64,000 bases of DNA, from the NCBI GenBank assembly GCA_031409275.1, contig JANNXA010000043.1, positions 17,106-81,105 of the forward strand, read 5' to 3'. The notes beneath the pieces were generated by a model. It was not told the origin of the DNA. It worked only from the letters and a program-made list of their open reading frames with translations, and did no database searches. The position numbers and the translations under genes are program-made. How positions within the stretch are numbered: position 1 is the first letter of the stretch; each line of letters starts with the position of its first letter. Positions 62,286 through 64,000 of the stretch are shown piece by piece. Source of the DNA: Planctomycetota bacterium. GTDB taxonomy: Bacteria; Planctomycetota; B15-G4; SIAN01.

Positions 62286-64000
62286 ACCTCGCACTCTTCG
62301 CATCGGCGTGGATGTTCGCGCACGATGCGCCGACGCCGGCGGTCGCCGAACTCATGGTGCATCCGCCTGCTCTCTCGTTGCGCGGCGCGGCCGACTTGCA
62401 CCGCTTCGTGGTGCAGGCACGACTGGTCGATGGCACCACCCGCGATGTCACCGCTTTGGCGAGCTGCGCGTTGCGCGACCCGACGCTCGCCGACCTGTCG
62501 AGTGCGACGCTCACGCCGCGCGTCGCGGGCGCCACCGAGCTTGCGGTCGAATGGAACGGTGCGCAGGCGACGGTGCCGGTGCGCATCGAAGCGCCCGACG
62601 AGGTGAGGCCGGTCCGCTTCCGGCTCGACGTGATGCCCGTGCTGACCAAGGGCGGCTGCAACAGCGGCGCGTGCCACGGCTCGGCGCTCGGACAGGATGG
62701 TTTCCGACTGTCGCTGTTCGGGTTCGATCCGGATGGCGACCACTTCCGCATCACGCGGCAATTGCCGACGCGGCGCGTGAACCTCGCGCTGCCGGAAGAG
62801 AGCCTGCTGCTGCAGAAGGCGCTCGGGAAAGTGGCGCACACCGGCGGCCAGCGGATGAGCGAAGGCGACGCGCTCGAGCGCCCGCTGCACGCGTGGCTCG
62901 AAGCGGGAGCGCCGGTCGACCCGCCGGGATTGCCGACGCCAGTCTCGATCGACCTCTATCCGCCGCGCAGCGTATTGGAAGGCGCCGGCGCCACGCAGAC
63001 GCTGAACGTGGTCGCGCACTACTCCGATGGCAGCGACCGCGACGTCACGCCGCTGTCGGCCTTCTTCAGCAGCGCCGAGTCCGTCGTCGCAGCGCGCAAG
63101 GATGGCGTCGTCACCGCGGGTCAGCGCGGCGAGGCGTTCGTGATGGCGCGCTTCGCGACGTTCACCATCGGCGTGCCGATCATCGTGCTGCCGAGCGGCG
63201 AGGCGTGGACGCCGACTCCGCGCGACTCCGACCACGGGCCAGCACACTGGATCGACGCGCTGGTCGCCGACAAGCACGAGCGGCTGCGGCTGCTCCCTTC
63301 GCCGCGCTGCGACGACGCCACCTTCCTGCGCCGCGCCTGGATCGACATCGTCGGCCTGCTGCCGCCGAGCGCCGAGGTCGAGCGCTTCCTCGCCGATGCG
63401 GCGCCCGACAAGCGCGAGCGGACGATCGACGCGCTGCTCGATCGCAAGGAGTTCTCCGAGCTCTGGGTGATGAAGTTCGCCGAGCTCCTGCAGATGCGGA
63501 CCGACGAGAACAACCGCGTCCCCTACAAGTCGACGCTGCTCTACTTCCACTGGCTGGAGGAGCGCCTCGCTCGCAACGTCCCGTTCGACCAGGTCGTGCG
63601 CGAGCTGCTGACCGCGAGCGGAGGCACCTTCAAGTCGCCCGCGGCCAACTTCTTCCAGGTCGAGCGCGACACGCTGAAGCTGACCGAGAACGTGGCGCAG
63701 GTCTTCCTCGGCATGCGCATCCAGTGCGCGCAGTGCCACAACCATCCGTTCGACCGCTGGACGATGAACGATTACTACAGCTTTGCTGCCTTCTTCCCGC
63801 AAGTGACGCGCAAGCAGGGCGACGATCCACGCGAGACAATCATTTACGCGAAGTCTGACGGCGAGGTGCAGCATCCGGTGACGAAGAAGGCGATGGCCCC
63901 GAAATTTCTCGGCGGCGAGCGTCCGGAAATCGCCAAGGGCGAGGACCGCCGCGAAGTGCTGGCGGACTGGCTGGCCTCCACGAACAATCCGTTCTTCGCG
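62282..64000 (+). CDS. DUF1549/DUF1553 protein with Ig-like domains (runs off window)
   Basis: ATG 62282 (ATGA overlap); FRLDVMPVLTKGGCNSGACHG, IQCAQCHNHPFDRW; open to window end. Confidence 0.9.
   Translation, partial: MNLALFASAWMFAHDAPTPAVAELMVHPPALSLRGAADLHRFVVQARLVDGTTRDVTALASCALRDPTLADLSSATLTPRVAGATELAVEWNGAQATVPVRIEAPDEVRPVRFRLDVMPVLTKGGCNSGACHGSALGQDGFRLSLFGFDPDGDHFRITRQLPTRRVNLALPEESLLLQKALGKVAHTGGQRMSEGDALERPLHAWLEAGAPVDPPGLPTPVSIDLYPPRSVLEGAGATQTLNVVAHYSDGSDRDVTPLSAFFSSAESVVAARKDGVVTAGQRGEAFVMARFATFTIGVPIIVLPSGEAWTPTPRDSDHGPAHWIDALVADKHERLRLLPSPRCDDATFLRRAWIDIVGLLPPSAEVERFLADAAPDKRERTIDALLDRKEFSELWVMKFAELLQMRTDENNRVPYKSTLLYFHWLEERLARNVPFDQVVRELLTASGGTFKSPAANFFQVERDTLKLTENVAQVFLGMRIQCAQCHNHPFDRWTMNDYYSFAAFFPQVTRKQGDDPRETIIYAKSDGEVQHPVTKKAMAPKFLGGERPEIAKGEDRREVLADWLASTNNPFFA

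Overview
High-GC, gene-dense bacterial DNA. Three DUF1501 genes, three DUF1549/DUF1553 (PSD1-type) genes, planctomycete cytochrome c domains and a PVC-type heme-binding protein point to a Planctomycetota (PVC) genome. About 45 CDS are supported, including ispG, dps, an ACE-like M2 peptidase, an S8 protease, an IYD-like nitroreductase, a CPA1 antiporter and a multiheme cytochrome/porin/heme-binding cluster. No rRNA, tRNA or CRISPR array was seen. Main result: two exported proteins that the ORF track splits are each one reading frame with an in-frame UGA at a redox-motif position. One is a TlpA-like U-G-P-C (UxxC) protein at 35483-36472(-). The other is a thioredoxin-like G-C-V-U (CxU) protein at 46346-47581(+) of a family I cannot name. 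Each UGA is followed, 13 and 11 nt downstream, by a 7-bp hairpin whose loop starts CGUG, so they are probable selenoproteins sharing a candidate SECIS. Other signals: a ~1.8-kb two-gene cassette between 383-bp direct repeats, a 161-bp MITE inserted in-frame in a membrane-protein gene with its empty site preserved in the duplicate, a secreted HExxH protein with an in-frame TAG, a 7-copy REP-like repeat, and a sensor kinase with two frameshifts. All calls are by-eye motif recognition; no searches were run.
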